Positions 19,366 through 30,000 of a DNA stretch of 64,000 bases are shown piece after piece (the first letter of the stretch is position 1; the number at the start of each line of letters is the position of its first letter). Source of the DNA: Bacteroidaceae bacterium (lineage in GTDB: Bacteria > Bacteroidota > Bacteroidia > Bacteroidales > Bacteroidaceae); assembly GCA_045646965.1 (NCBI GenBank), contig JAZRLR010000006.1, positions 234 through 64,233 of the forward strand, given 5' to 3'. The notes below the pieces were generated by a model. That model made no database searches and had not been told where the DNA came from. It worked only from the letters and a program-made list of their open reading frames with translations. The position numbers and the translations under genes were made by a program.

Positions 19366-20667
19366 TCAATCGAGCTCCTGGTCGGCTTCGTACCCTGCAA
19401 ATTCCCTTATCTTGTTCTTGAGCATTGCAAACTGCTTGAACAGGTCGTGAACGGGTTTATCGCCATCTTTGTGCATAGGCGCCTTGCAGTAGAACGACAT
19501 AAATTCCTGTATGCCGCACTCGCCTGCGCGCAGTGCAATGTCGCTGAAGAGCACGAGGTCGAGCACCAGTGGGGCTGCAAGAATGGAGTCTCGGCAAAGG
19601 AAGTTCACCTTAATTGTCATAGGGTAGCCCATCCATCCGAAAATATCTATATTGTCCCAGCTCTCCTTCTCGTCGCCGCGGGGAGGGTAGTAGTTAATTC
19701 TCACCTTGTGATATATGTCCGAGTAGAGGTCGGGGTAGACGTCGCTGTCGAGGATATTGTCGAGAGCCGATGTCTTGCTGCGGCGTTTGGTCTCAAAGTT
19801 CTCGGGGTTGTCGAGCACCACGCCGTCGCGGTTGCCCAGGATATTTGTCGAGAACCAGCCTGTCACACCCAACTGACGGGTGAAGAAGGCAGGCGCAAGC
19901 ACTGTCTTCATCATTGTCTGGCCGCTCTTGAAGTCCTTGCCTGTGATGGGGACTTTTGTCTCCTCGGCAAGCTCCCACATTGCGGGTATGTCTATGCACA
20001 GGTTGGGCGCACCCATCACATAGGGGCATCCCTCGCGCATAGCTGCGTAGGCGTAGCACATACTTGGTGCGATGCGTGCTGTGTCGTCGGCTTTCATAGC
20101 CTCTTCAAAGGCTGCAACGCTGCCGTGAACCTGCTCGTCGCGGGGTATATATTTTTCAGTGCTCGCAATCCATATAACGACCACTCTGTCGCAATTGTTT
20201 TCTTTCTTAAAACTGCGTATATCCTCGCGCAACTGCTCGGTGAGCTCCCATCGGCTGCCGCCGGTTTTTACATTGGGGCCGTCTATGTTTGTGGCATAGC
20301 TCTTGTCAAAGAGGGCCTTGTATGGGCGAATGGCCTTCAGCTCCTCTTTCACGGGCTCGATGTCCTGCTGCTTGAGTACGCCCGCCTTTACAGCCGCGTC
20401 GTATGCGTCATCTTCGTATAAATCCCACGCTCCGAACACAATGTCGTCGAGTGAGGCAACGGGCACAATATCCTTCACCTCCTTATACACTTTTTCGCTG
20501 CCGCGTCCCAAGCGCATAATGCCCTCGCAGGCAAACGAGCCGGTGGGGCGTGAAAGTCCCTTGCGTGCCATCAACGTACCAATTATTGTAGTAGTGGTAA
20601 CTGCTCCCAGTCCCACGCACATAACTCCTAATTTTCCGTTTGCGGGTTTTACCCTGTTTCCTTTCAT
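19366..20667 (-). CDS. myo-Inositol-1-phosphate (inositol-3-phosphate) synthase
   Basis: 433-aa ORF. The N-terminal NAD-binding segment is LGVMCVGLGAVTTTTIIG. Overall length and internal blocks (GQTMMKTVLAPAF, NILGNRDG, SWDNIDIFGWMGYPM) fit bacterial/archaeal MIPS. Confidence 0.85.
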   Translation of the reverse strand: MKGNRVKPANGKLGVMCVGLGAVTTTTIIGTLMARKGLSRPTGSFACEGIMRLGRGSEKVYKEVKDIVPVASLDDIVFGAWDLYEDDAYDAAVKAGVLKQQDIEPVKEELKAIRPYKALFDKSYATNIDGPNVKTGGSRWELTEQLREDIRSFKKENNCDRVVVIWIASTEKYIPRDEQVHGSVAAFEEAMKADDTARIAPSMCYAYAAMREGCPYVMGAPNLCIDIPAMWELAEETKVPITGKDFKSGQTMMKTVLAPAFFTRQLGVTGWFSTNILGNRDGVVLDNPENFETKRRSKTSALDNILDSDVYPDLYSDIYHKVRINYYPPRGDEKESWDNIDIFGWMGYPMTIKVNFLCRDSILAAPLVLDLVLFSDIALRAGECGIQEFMSFYCKAPMHKDGDKPVHDLFKQFAMLKNKIREFAGYEADQELD

Positions 20668-20684
20668 AATTTTATATTATTCTT

Positions 20685-20735
20685 CCAAATATTAGGCAAA
20701 GGAACTGCTTTTTATTGAACTTACCTAATATTTGG
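20685..20735. repeat. 12-bp perfect inverted repeat CCAAATATTAGG / CCTAATATTTGG with a 27-bp spacer
   Basis: The arms are at 20685-20696 and 20724-20735, in the 112-bp gap between the lpdA stop and the MIPS start. The proximal arm lies 18 nt from the MIPS ATG. Confidence 0.6.
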
Positions 20736-20779
20736 CCGATTGTTCGCCGTTTTTTTTAAAATATCTCAAAAAGTTTCCG

Positions 20780-22141
20780 TCAGGCAAGGCCGAAGAGTCC
20801 CTCTTTTATAATCTCGCTCACCGTGGGGTGGGGGAATATCGTGCGGCGCAGATTCTCCACCGTAAGCCCGTTTGTTATGGCCATACAGGCTGCGCAGATA
20901 AATTCTCCCGAGGGGTTGCCGAGCATCTGCACGCCGATGATTTTATCTTCTTTGTCGGCGAGTATCTTACACAAACCCATCTGCCCCTCGTTCTCGGCCA
21001 CGAAGCGCCCCGAGAAGGTCATCGGCAGCTTGCTTATGCGGTACTCTATGCCCTGCGCGGTTGCCTGCTCCTCGGTGAGGCCCACGCTGCTCACCTCGGG
21101 GTTGGTATATACTATGCCTGGGATGGCGTTATACTCCATTTTGTCCTCTATGCCCACGATGTGGTTCACTGCCACCTCGGCCTCGCGGCTTGCGGTGTGG
21201 GCGAGGAGCGAGAAGCCTGTGACATCGCCTGCGGCATAGACATTGGGCATTGTAGTCTGCATATATTCGTTTACTTTTATGCCGCGGTCGGCCTCCACGG
21301 CAAGGTTCTCGAGCCCGAATCCGCCGAGCACGGCGCGTCGTCCCACGCTCATAAGAATCTTCTCTCCCTCGGCGGTGAGCGCGTTGCCCTCGCTGTCGGT
21401 GTAGTGTACGGTGCTACCCTCTATGGCTGTCACCTTGCATCCGAGGCAGAATTTAACCCCTTTCTTGGCATATATGCCGCGTAGCATTTCTGCAATCTCC
21501 TTGTCCATTCCTCCCAGAATCTCGGGCAACATCTCTATCACCGTCACGGGTATTCCCAAGCTGTTGTAGAAACTTGCAAACTCCATACCTATGACTCCGC
21601 CGCCTATTACCACAAGGCTCTCGGGTGCTGCGGTGAGTGCGAGTATCTCGCGGTTTGTGAGCACAGCCTCGTTACCTTCTACGCCGGGGATAGGGGGCAC
21701 AAAGGCCTCGCTACCCGTGCAGATGAGCAGGCGTGCAGCTTCGTAGCTCTCTCCGTTGCAGGATATGACTATGCGGCACTCGTTGCCGCTCTCTATGAAC
21801 GCATCGCCACGCACCACCTCCACGTTGTGTTGCTCCATCTTCATTTTTATGCCCGCTACGAGCTTGCGCACTACCTTTGTTTTGCGGTCGGCAATCTTTT
21901 TGTAGTCGTAGGCGGCGTTTTCTGCCGTCACGCCATACTTCTTGCCACCTTGCGCGTGCTCATACATCTTTGCGCTGTAAAGCAGGGTTTTTGTGGGAAT
22001 GCATCCCTCGTTGAGGCACACGCCGCCAAGTTCCTTTTTTTCGAAGAGGATTGTCTTTAATCCTTTTGCTCCTGCGTTTTCTGCTGCCACGTATCCGGCA
22101 GGGCCGCCGCCGATTATTGCAATGTCGTACATAGTTGTCAT
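20780..22141 (-). CDS. lpdA: Dihydrolipoyl dehydrogenase
   Basis: 453-aa ORF with the FAD-binding IIGGGPAGY motif, the redox-active disulfide GGVCLNEGCIPTK, the NAD-binding VIGGGVIGMEF motif and the C-terminal HPTVSE interface motif. Confidence 0.95.
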   Translation of the reverse strand: MTTMYDIAIIGGGPAGYVAAENAGAKGLKTILFEKKELGGVCLNEGCIPTKTLLYSAKMYEHAQGGKKYGVTAENAAYDYKKIADRKTKVVRKLVAGIKMKMEQHNVEVVRGDAFIESGNECRIVISCNGESYEAARLLICTGSEAFVPPIPGVEGNEAVLTNREILALTAAPESLVVIGGGVIGMEFASFYNSLGIPVTVIEMLPEILGGMDKEIAEMLRGIYAKKGVKFCLGCKVTAIEGSTVHYTDSEGNALTAEGEKILMSVGRRAVLGGFGLENLAVEADRGIKVNEYMQTTMPNVYAAGDVTGFSLLAHTASREAEVAVNHIVGIEDKMEYNAIPGIVYTNPEVSSVGLTEEQATAQGIEYRISKLPMTFSGRFVAENEGQMGLCKILADKEDKIIGVQMLGNPSGEFICAACMAITNGLTVENLRRTIFPHPTVSEIIKEGLFGLA

Positions 22142-22159
22142 ATAGTTGTTATGAGTTTT

Positions 22160-23185
22160 TTAGTGTGCTTTAATCCAATGCCTTATAACGTCGATAAGCT
22201 CTGCCTGCATATATGTGCCATCGCTTCCTGCAGCATTTTGTTGAAAATCATCGATGCGCCACCCGCCAGCTTCGGAGACTATATACACCGTCAAGTCGAA
22301 GCTCCGCTCAAAGGTATCGTCGATGTAGTGCTTTGCTGTCACCACAGCACTGTACCTCGCGCACCCGGCGTCGTCTGTTTTTTTTGCAGGTGTCACGCTG
22401 TAGTTTACGGTGGTCTCATCTTGCAAAGCTCCCCACACGCTGCCGCCCCAAATCATTTCGCCAAGTTTGCACTCCCAGTATCGCACTTCGTTGTATATGC
22501 TTTTAAAGTGCTGTGAGCAGAATCTGTTTACAAAATCCTGTTCGTCATAGCAGCCTTTAGTGCTGTTGTGGTTTTTTTCAATCTCGTTGAACACATTTTT
22601 CAGGTGTGTGGTAATCTCTTTCTCCGCGTTTGGGGTGCGGGTAATGCCTTCTGCATACGGTTCCCTTTTTGGGGGAAATAAATCGCAGGCCTCGAGCAGA
22701 GTCTCTTTCATCAGCTCCGTGTCGGGGACTTCGTCTTCTATGAAGTCGTCGATGCACCAACCCTCGCCGTCGGGTATTACAAGCACATCATACTTTATCT
22801 GTTGTATATCTTTGTCGGTGTACTCGGCGACGATGGTTGCGCGGTAACTCTTTTTGGTGTCGCTGTCGCTTTTGCGCACATTAACCACCTTGTATGCAGC
22901 TGTTGCAAAATAGTCGTTTGTGCGGTACCAAATATCGCCACCGCCGAAGCGGAAAAGGCACTCTCTTATAATCTCTGTTTCCCAACGACGTGTCTCGTGG
23001 TAGAACTCTTTGTAGCGTTCCGAGCAATATTCTTCGAGCAATAGGCTGTCTCCCGTGCACAGGTTATTAGCGCAGTGCTCCACACGGTTATATACTTTTT
23101 GCAGAAAACACTCCACAGCCTTCTCGTTCTGCGCACATACGGGCAGAGCAAGAAACAGCGCGAGGATGATTGCTTGTTTTTTCAT
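22160..23185 (-). CDS. Secreted/lipoprotein of unknown function with an internal tandem duplication (DUF3828-like x2)
   Basis: 341-aa ORF with signal peptide MKKQAIILALFLALPVCAQ. The two ~135-aa halves align by eye: EKAVECFLQKVYNRVE...YCSERYKEFYHETRRWE...GEGWCIDDFIED versus EKEITTHLKNVFNEIE...FCSQHFKSIYNEVRYWE...AGGWRIDDFQQN. Confidence 0.6.
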   Translation of the reverse strand: MKKQAIILALFLALPVCAQNEKAVECFLQKVYNRVEHCANNLCTGDSLLLEEYCSERYKEFYHETRRWETEIIRECLFRFGGGDIWYRTNDYFATAAYKVVNVRKSDSDTKKSYRATIVAEYTDKDIQQIKYDVLVIPDGEGWCIDDFIEDEVPDTELMKETLLEACDLFPPKREPYAEGITRTPNAEKEITTHLKNVFNEIEKNHNSTKGCYDEQDFVNRFCSQHFKSIYNEVRYWECKLGEMIWGGSVWGALQDETTVNYSVTPAKKTDDAGCARYSAVVTAKHYIDDTFERSFDLTVYIVSEAGGWRIDDFQQNAAGSDGTYMQAELIDVIRHWIKAH

Positions 23186-23190
23186 ATTAA

Positions 23191-23844
23191 TTACTTGTTT
23201 TTTCTCTCAAAGCGCTCCTCTTTCCACGCAATCTTTCCGGCGTGCAGCGCAAATATGATATACAAATATACCGCAGCGTCTATAATAACCATAATAAATC
23301 CGTGGTATATACCCCACACCAAGAGAACTATATCGCCTAAAAGGAGCAGTACAAAAAATACTCTCCAAGTATTTAGCTCCTTCGATGTGTGGGAGTAGCG
23401 CAGAGCCATCTGTGTGGGTAGTTTGGTGTGTGGCAGGGCTGCGAGGAATATGAGGTTTGTAGCAATGGCCAAGTATGCAGTGAGTACCAGCGCAACATAT
23501 ATGCCGAACATAAGAAACTCATCGTTGGAGGTAAAGCGCTCGTGTACTATCTGTGCCAAGAGAGCTGTTATATGTGCGATGTTCAGCAGCAGGAAAAGTT
23601 TCCACCCCTCTATTGCTTTTATTCTTGCGAAATGCTCCCACTTCCTTATCTTGAAAGCCATTTGAAACAGGGTAAAAACCACACCTGTGGTGAGTATACC
23701 CACGCCGAAATTAAGTATGTCGCAGCCAAGTATTACCTGTGTGGAACCCTCGTTGATAAATGCGATGCCTGTGGGAATGGCGGTAGCTCCTGCCAGGAGC
23801 AGCAGAGCGGCTGCCGCGATGGGGGATGTGAGATTCTTGAACAT
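23191..23844 (-). CDS. Integral membrane protein, unknown function (about 6 predicted TM segments)
   Basis: The listed ORF runs 23191-23883. The likely start is the ATG at 23844 (MFKNLTSPIAAAALLLLAG...). It has repeated hydrophobic ~20-aa stretches and ends 5 nt before the downstream gene. Confidence 0.55.
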   Translation of the reverse strand: MFKNLTSPIAAAALLLLAGATAIPTGIAFINEGSTQVILGCDILNFGVGILTTGVVFTLFQMAFKIRKWEHFARIKAIEGWKLFLLLNIAHITALLAQIVHERFTSNDEFLMFGIYVALVLTAYLAIATNLIFLAALPHTKLPTQMALRYSHTSKELNTWRVFFVLLLLGDIVLLVWGIYHGFIMVIIDAAVYLYIIFALHAGKIAWKEERFERKNK

Positions 23845-23943
23845 AACGCAAAATTTTCTTCTTGTGCGAATATAGTGAATCACTTTCTCAAATGCAAAGC
23901 AAACGGCAAATTTGTTGTGAAACCCTGCTGTGACAGAGCAGGT

Positions 23944-23984
23944 AAAAAATAGCCCGGCGAGCTCTTTGAAAGCTCGCCGGGGCT
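23944..23984 (-). terminator. Rho-independent terminator after the 2489-aa glycosidase gene
   Basis: Stem CCCGGCGAGCT (23953-23963) / AGCTCGCCGGG (23971-23981). On the minus strand it is followed by CTATTTTTT. Confidence 0.8.
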
Positions 23985-24005
23985 GTTTAAATGGAGTGTA
24001 TGCTT

Positions 24006-27000
24006 TTAAAATATCACTTTTTTGTTCTTGTAGATGAAGATACCCTTTGCTGGGGTGTTCACCTTGCGTCCGAAGAGGTCGTATACACTCTCCTCGTCTG
24101 CAGCCTCGTCGGTGATATCCTCAATGCCGGTGGTGCCGTTGAAGCGGAAGAAGAGAGCCTCTGCTGCGTCGCTCACATTCATATACATCTTGAATGCGTT
24201 GATGTGTGTGCCGTTGTATCTGCGCAGAACTATGCCGTTCTCTGCATCTGCGTCTGTCTGCAGGGTGTAGGGGTTGCCGAGCGAGCTTGTGGCAATCTTC
24301 TCAATGGTTCCCTCGAGCACATTGTCGGCAATTGTCGCCTCGCTCTTTGTTATGGCAAAGTTGTGGGTGCCCTGTGCAGCTTTCAATATCACGGCTGTGT
24401 TTGCGGGAATCACGCCATCCTCGATTGCTGCGAGGTCGATGTATTCGCCGTTGCGCACAGCGGTGTAGGCTGTCACCTCGGCAGGAATCTCAAGTGCCAC
24501 GGGGGCATAGAGGGTTGAATAGCCTGTGGTGCCCACTTTCACGGGAAGCTCTTTAACCTCAATAACCTTCCAGTCGCAGTTGTTTGGGGCGTAGTTGGTG
24601 TTGCGGTCTACACGGTTGCCGTTGTCATATACATACTTTGCTGCGCCGCTGTAGTCGGTGTGCAATGTGAAGTAGTTGTAGTTGCCGCTCTCGGCGTTGC
24701 GGAACTCTATGGTCTGTCCGTTGCTTGCGCCTATACCTCCGATGCAGCGTGTGCCGTTGGTGTATGTACCCTCGCTGTAGCTCAAGAGCTTGCTCTGGGC
24801 GGTGAGGTAGAAGATTGTGGTGGCTGTTGTGCCGTCGGCAATCATAGACATCTGTCCCGATGCTGTGTCGTAGGGGTTGGCACCATTCATATAGTTACCC
24901 GATACACGGCCCTGCAGACGGTAGAACGCTTCGCTCTTGGGGGCGGGGAAGGCTGCTGCCTTCACCTCATCGCTCATAACCTCGGAGAGGTCGATGGGTA
25001 CATATACGATATTATAGGCAAATGTGCCGTCGTCGGGGTCCTCCTCAAAGAGGAAACCTATGGTCTTTCCGTCGGGCAGAAGAGTCATTGTAGAGTAGGC
25101 CGAGCCTATGTGTGACACCTGAATGAGCTCTGACCATCCTGTGGCAATCTCGGCCGAGGTGTACTTCTTGTCTTCTATTACCTTATAATATATAGCTACG
25201 TTACTACGGTCTTTGCCCTGATAGCCGCGCTTGGGTATAGACTGCAAGAGCACGTTGCCCACACGCATAAGCTCGCCGTTGCAGTCGCTCGCGCCGAAGT
25301 TGCTCGAAGCCACGCCGTTCCAGCTACCCTCGCCATTGGCCTTGTCGGTGAAACTGAACACGTTGAAGTAGCGGCCGCCGCCTCTGCGCACGCTCACCAT
25401 AAGGTCGCCGTTGGGCAGCTCCTCCACCTTGGTCTCGTTACCCGCCGAGCAGGCCATACCGTTCTCTATGCCTCCCAGAATGTTCCAGCTCTCGCCGAAG
25501 TTATCCGAGTAAACCACATAGTTGGGGTAGCTGTTGTTTCCGTCGTCGTTGAGCACCACAACGCCGTATATACGATAATACTCGGCACCCTCTTTCTTGT
25601 AGCTCGACTGCAGCAGACGTCCCGAAGTGAGGAACAAACTGTATGCAGTGGGGAAGAGGGCATCCTCCTGTCCCAGGAAGTCGCCTGTTACATCGCTTAT
25701 CTCCCAGGTATCGCCGTCGTCTATTGTAACGATGCGTGCCACGCTGTTGTGGCTTGTAGATGTAGCCCAGTTGAAGCGCTGTTTACCTGCTACGGCCATA
25801 ACGAGGGTTTTGTTACTCTCGCGGTCGCTCACCACGGCTGCGTCGCCAAAGCCCACGTTAAAGACATTGCTGTTTCCGCCCTGTCCGTCGGCTACATAGT
25901 CCTCCTCGGTCCAGCTTATGCCGTCCCAGTCGAAGTAGCTTGCCGTGCTGCGGCGGAACATAATATCAACCTCTCCCATACCTATATCGTCGCCGCAGGT
26001 GCGGTAGTCGCTTATGGCGATAACCTTGCCGCTCTTTGTGACGGTTATCGCAGGTATGCGGTAGGGAGCGTTTGTGCTCTCCTTGCGATACCAGAAGAGA
26101 TACTGATATTTATTTTCGGTGTCTATGCCGTACTTGGCGGTTATAGTGAGGTCGCCGTCAAATGTGTAGTTTGTGAAATCGGTGGCTGTGGTCTCCTCGC
26201 CCTTGAAGAAACCTGTGTGGGTGTATCCACGGTAGAGCCAGGGCTCTGTGAGGGTGAAGGTACCCAGAGGCAGGTACACTGTTTTGCTTGTCTCGCCCAG
26301 CTTTAATATGGCATTTCCTGTTGTGCCGTTGCTGCTGAACGCCACCTCGGCTATGCGGGTGTTTGTGGGCAGGGGCTGTGTGCCATCTACCGCGACATTC
26401 AGTGTGAGGCAGCCCAGAACCTCAAAGTTCCACCAACCGCCGGTGTCTCCTGCGTTATACAATTTTATGTTGTAGCCCTTGCCGCCGTAGGCGTTCAAGG
26501 TCATATTTGTGTTTTCGCTCGGAACGATGGCATATCCGCTGGTTTTCTTTACAAGTTTCCAGGTTGTGGCGTTGGCAACTGCGGTCATTGTGGCTGCTGT
26601 GCCCTCGGTAGTTGCCGACACGTTGAGGGCGTATGCGCTGCCTGCTGCCTCGTTCTGCAGTTTGAAGCCGTCGGCAGTGCCCACAAGGTACCACACCTCG
26701 CGTGCGCTCTGTATGTTTGCAGGGTGTGTAGTTCCTGCCGCACCGTCGAAGTTGGTCTGGTTTGCTATTCCTGCGGTGTAGTTGTTATCGTTCACCATTC
26801 TCATACGCACCTTCTTTTCGCCAAAAGCCGAGGAGAATACCGCGAGCTCAAATTTCGCATATATAACTTGGTCGGCGGTGAGCTCGCTTATCTCGGTGAC
26901 AGGTACGCTGTGTGCCTCGTCGCTGAAGAAGCCTACGAAGCTGTATATGGGGTTGCACGATACCATATTAAGTGCGGGCGATGTAACGCTCCCGCCGTCA

Positions 27001-30000
27001 AATGTGGTGCTGTATGTGAACTCCTCGCCATTCCAGCTAAACACCGCGTCGGCGTTTGTCATATTGCTCTGTATGGTGAGGCTGCTGCCGAGGTAAGCGT
27101 CTATGGGTACGAAGACAAAGTCGGTACAGTAGTTCGAGTTTGTCTGGTCGTATGTTACAGAAGATTGGTCAAAACCTCCGTCGGCGTTTCTTATAACAAA
27201 GTAGTTGCTGCCGGCTGTGTGCAGGGTTACACCTGCGTGGCGTGTGCTTGCTGCAACAGTGAAATTGTGTTTACTGTCGCTCATACCTTTGTGGGCAAGG
27301 TAACGTCCTGCTTTATTTGCGAAATTGTACTTGCCGTCGCTCTCCACCGCAGCTGTCCAGATGTAGTTGTCGTTATTGCGGTACAGGGTAGTGCCGAGTG
27401 TGAGCGTGCCGCCGTTGCTATAGAGATAACGGTTGAGGAAGGCTCCGTCTTTGTATGTGTCGGCATATATATAGTGCTCGTGTCCCTCGATGGGCGAGCC
27501 CTCGGTGAGACCTTTGTTCCACTTATATACGCTGTTGAGCGCAGTGGCCTGCTCTGCGGTGGGGCTTTGCGCTGTGCGGTAGGCACGCACTGCGTCAAAT
27601 GTCTGTGCTACCTTTTCGTTGTTTGGCAGAATGTAGAACTCCGAGAAGGTGTAGAATACGGTGTTGTTATTTGTAGTGTTTACTGTGAAACGCAGATATT
27701 TGTATGCTGTTTCGGTGCTTATAAGCTCGCTGTAGTAGTCGAGCACGCTGCTGCTTGTGGGGAAACCGCTGCTTATAACGGTGATATTCTCCCAAGCGTC
27801 GCCGTCGGCAGAGCCCTGAATGGTTATCTTCGTGGGGCGGTTATTGTCGTTCTGACTGCGTTTCTTGAAATAGAAACGCCAGCTCTTTGCAGGGTTGTTG
27901 AGGGTTGCCTGCAGGTAGTGGCTTCCCTCTCCTATAGTGTTTCCATATCCGCTGTGGAAGAAGGTGGTGTAGTTGCCGTCGATGAGGTTTGCGTATGCGT
28001 TGCCGCTCTCCTGACTTGTGCTTGCGGGGTAGTTGCAGACAAACTGTCCGTCGCCCGCGATGCCTGTGCCCGCGTTTTTCACGAGGCCGTAGAAACGCTG
28101 CAAACCATATATGTTTATGTTTGCGTTCGACTCTACCGCTTCGTTAAGGGCTATGTCCTCGTCGGTAGCGGGGTACTCTATCTGTGAAACCTTTGCCGCA
28201 TTGAATGCCTCGTCAAAGAACTGCACCGAGCGCACCGAGCCTGCAAAAGTGTCCCAGCTTGTGGTGCTGTTTACCACGCCTGCGCCGATGTATATCTTTG
28301 CGTTCTCACTTGTGGCCTCGTTTGTGGCAATGTGTGCAAAGTCCTGAAAGGCGTTGCCCGGTGAGGCGGTGTTTCCGAGTGTACCGTTTATGTATGAGCT
28401 GAAGGTGTTATTGTCCTTGTCGAGCACAAATACCACCTTGTAGCTTGTAGATGCGTTCAAGGATGTGGAACCCGAGTATACATCTCCGCCGCGTGACGAT
28501 GTGATATAGGCGAGTTTGTTTCCGTTGAAGCCTGCGGCCACATAAGGTGAGGCTCCCGAGCCTATGGCCGAGGTCACGGGAGCTTTAGTAGGGTCGGCTG
28601 CGCACACAAGTACCTGACGGCCGCTCAATGAGGCGGGTGTCACAAGGTCGATGGCAATTGTGAGGTTTCTCTTTGAGAAAATCTTTGCCGCGGTTTCGTC
28701 GTCTATGGCAAAGGGGTAGGTGGCGTCGCGCAGCTGCTCAATCTTTGCAAAGGGCTGCGGGGCGATGTCGTCGGTCACATCGATGAAACGGTACTGACAG
28801 CCGTCGTCGTTTGTGTTTGTTCCGCTACCCCAGTTGAGGAGCTGGTAGCTGCCGTCTTTCTGCTGGTTGAACTGCGATGAGCCGCTCACAACTATCACAT
28901 AGCCGTTTGTTGCAGCTTTTTTAATTGTCCAGCCTGCCGAGGGGGTGGCTGTGACGCACTTCAGGGGTGAGCCGCTTGTGGTGATATATGTGCCGTCGGC
29001 GATGTTTACGATGTTATATGAGCCGTCGCCGCGTGACTCGAATCGCCATATAGAGGCTTTTGTGGTTGCCTCTGTGGGGCCTGTGATGGCTGCGTCGGCG
29101 CCGTTGCCTGTGGCATAGCGGTTGGCACGCAGAGGGGTACACATTCGATAGCAGTGTCCGTCCACGGGTTTGTTCATATTCTCGTTTGTGAGCGTTGCGA
29201 CAAAGGCTGTCCAAACCTGCTCAAGTGCGTTTATCTGCTCGTCGCGCTCGTCGGCTGTCATTGTAGCCGAATAGGTCGCCTCTATCTCTGCAATTTTTGC
29301 ATCTACGGCCTGTGCGGCGCTCTCGGGCCACATACCCACCGCTGTGCCTATGTATGAGCCGCGGTCGCGTTTCATCTGGCTTATCTTGGCTGCTACCTGC
29401 TCGGTGGCGTCGTCCTTGCACTGGTTGGGTGAGTAGATGAGGTTCTCCACGGCGTTCTTGCCCTGCTTGTCGGTAAACACACAGGTGAAGAGCCATTTGT
29501 TGAGGCGCACGCCGTTGGCTGAAACGTAGGGGAGTTTGATAAATACTTTGTTCCAGCCGGCTTTCAGAGTTATGGTAATGGGCTCGCGGGCGCTGAAGTT
29601 CTCGTTGCCGAGGTCTACTTCGCTGCCAATACCCTTGCCTGCATTTGTCCAGGTGGGGGGATTCACTCTCACGCCGTTAATCCAGATGTTGGAGCCTTTT
29701 CGGTCCCAGTTGCCGTTGTCGGGAGCTTTGTCGTTTTCGCTGCGTCCGTAGTTCTGGAACTCAATCTGTGCTCCCACCTCCTGCTCTGTGGGGCTGTAAA
29801 CGTATGTCCACGCATAGGCGGTGCGGTTCTCGTAGTTTGTTGTGCCGTAGTAGGTGGGGATGATACCGTTGCCCCAGGTGTGACGCAAGTAGATACCCGC
29901 ACCTGTTGCCATACCTGTGTAGTAGGTCACGCCGTCGTGTGTGAAGCTCTCTGCCATAAGGTCGGTGCTTGTGCTCTTGCCTTCCTCCTCGGGCGGGAAG

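Noticed and set aside
26724-28187. 487-aa plus-strand ORF inside the 2489-aa glycosidase gene. Similar long antisense ORFs lie at 31219-32577 (452 aa), 29880-30500 and 24660-25115.
   Set aside because: They are antisense to a gene with strong family motifs. Their translations are Val/Ala/Cys/Gly-rich low-complexity sequence with no recognisable domains. One of them spans an intergenic hairpin. These are typical shadow ORFs of GC3-biased coding DNA.
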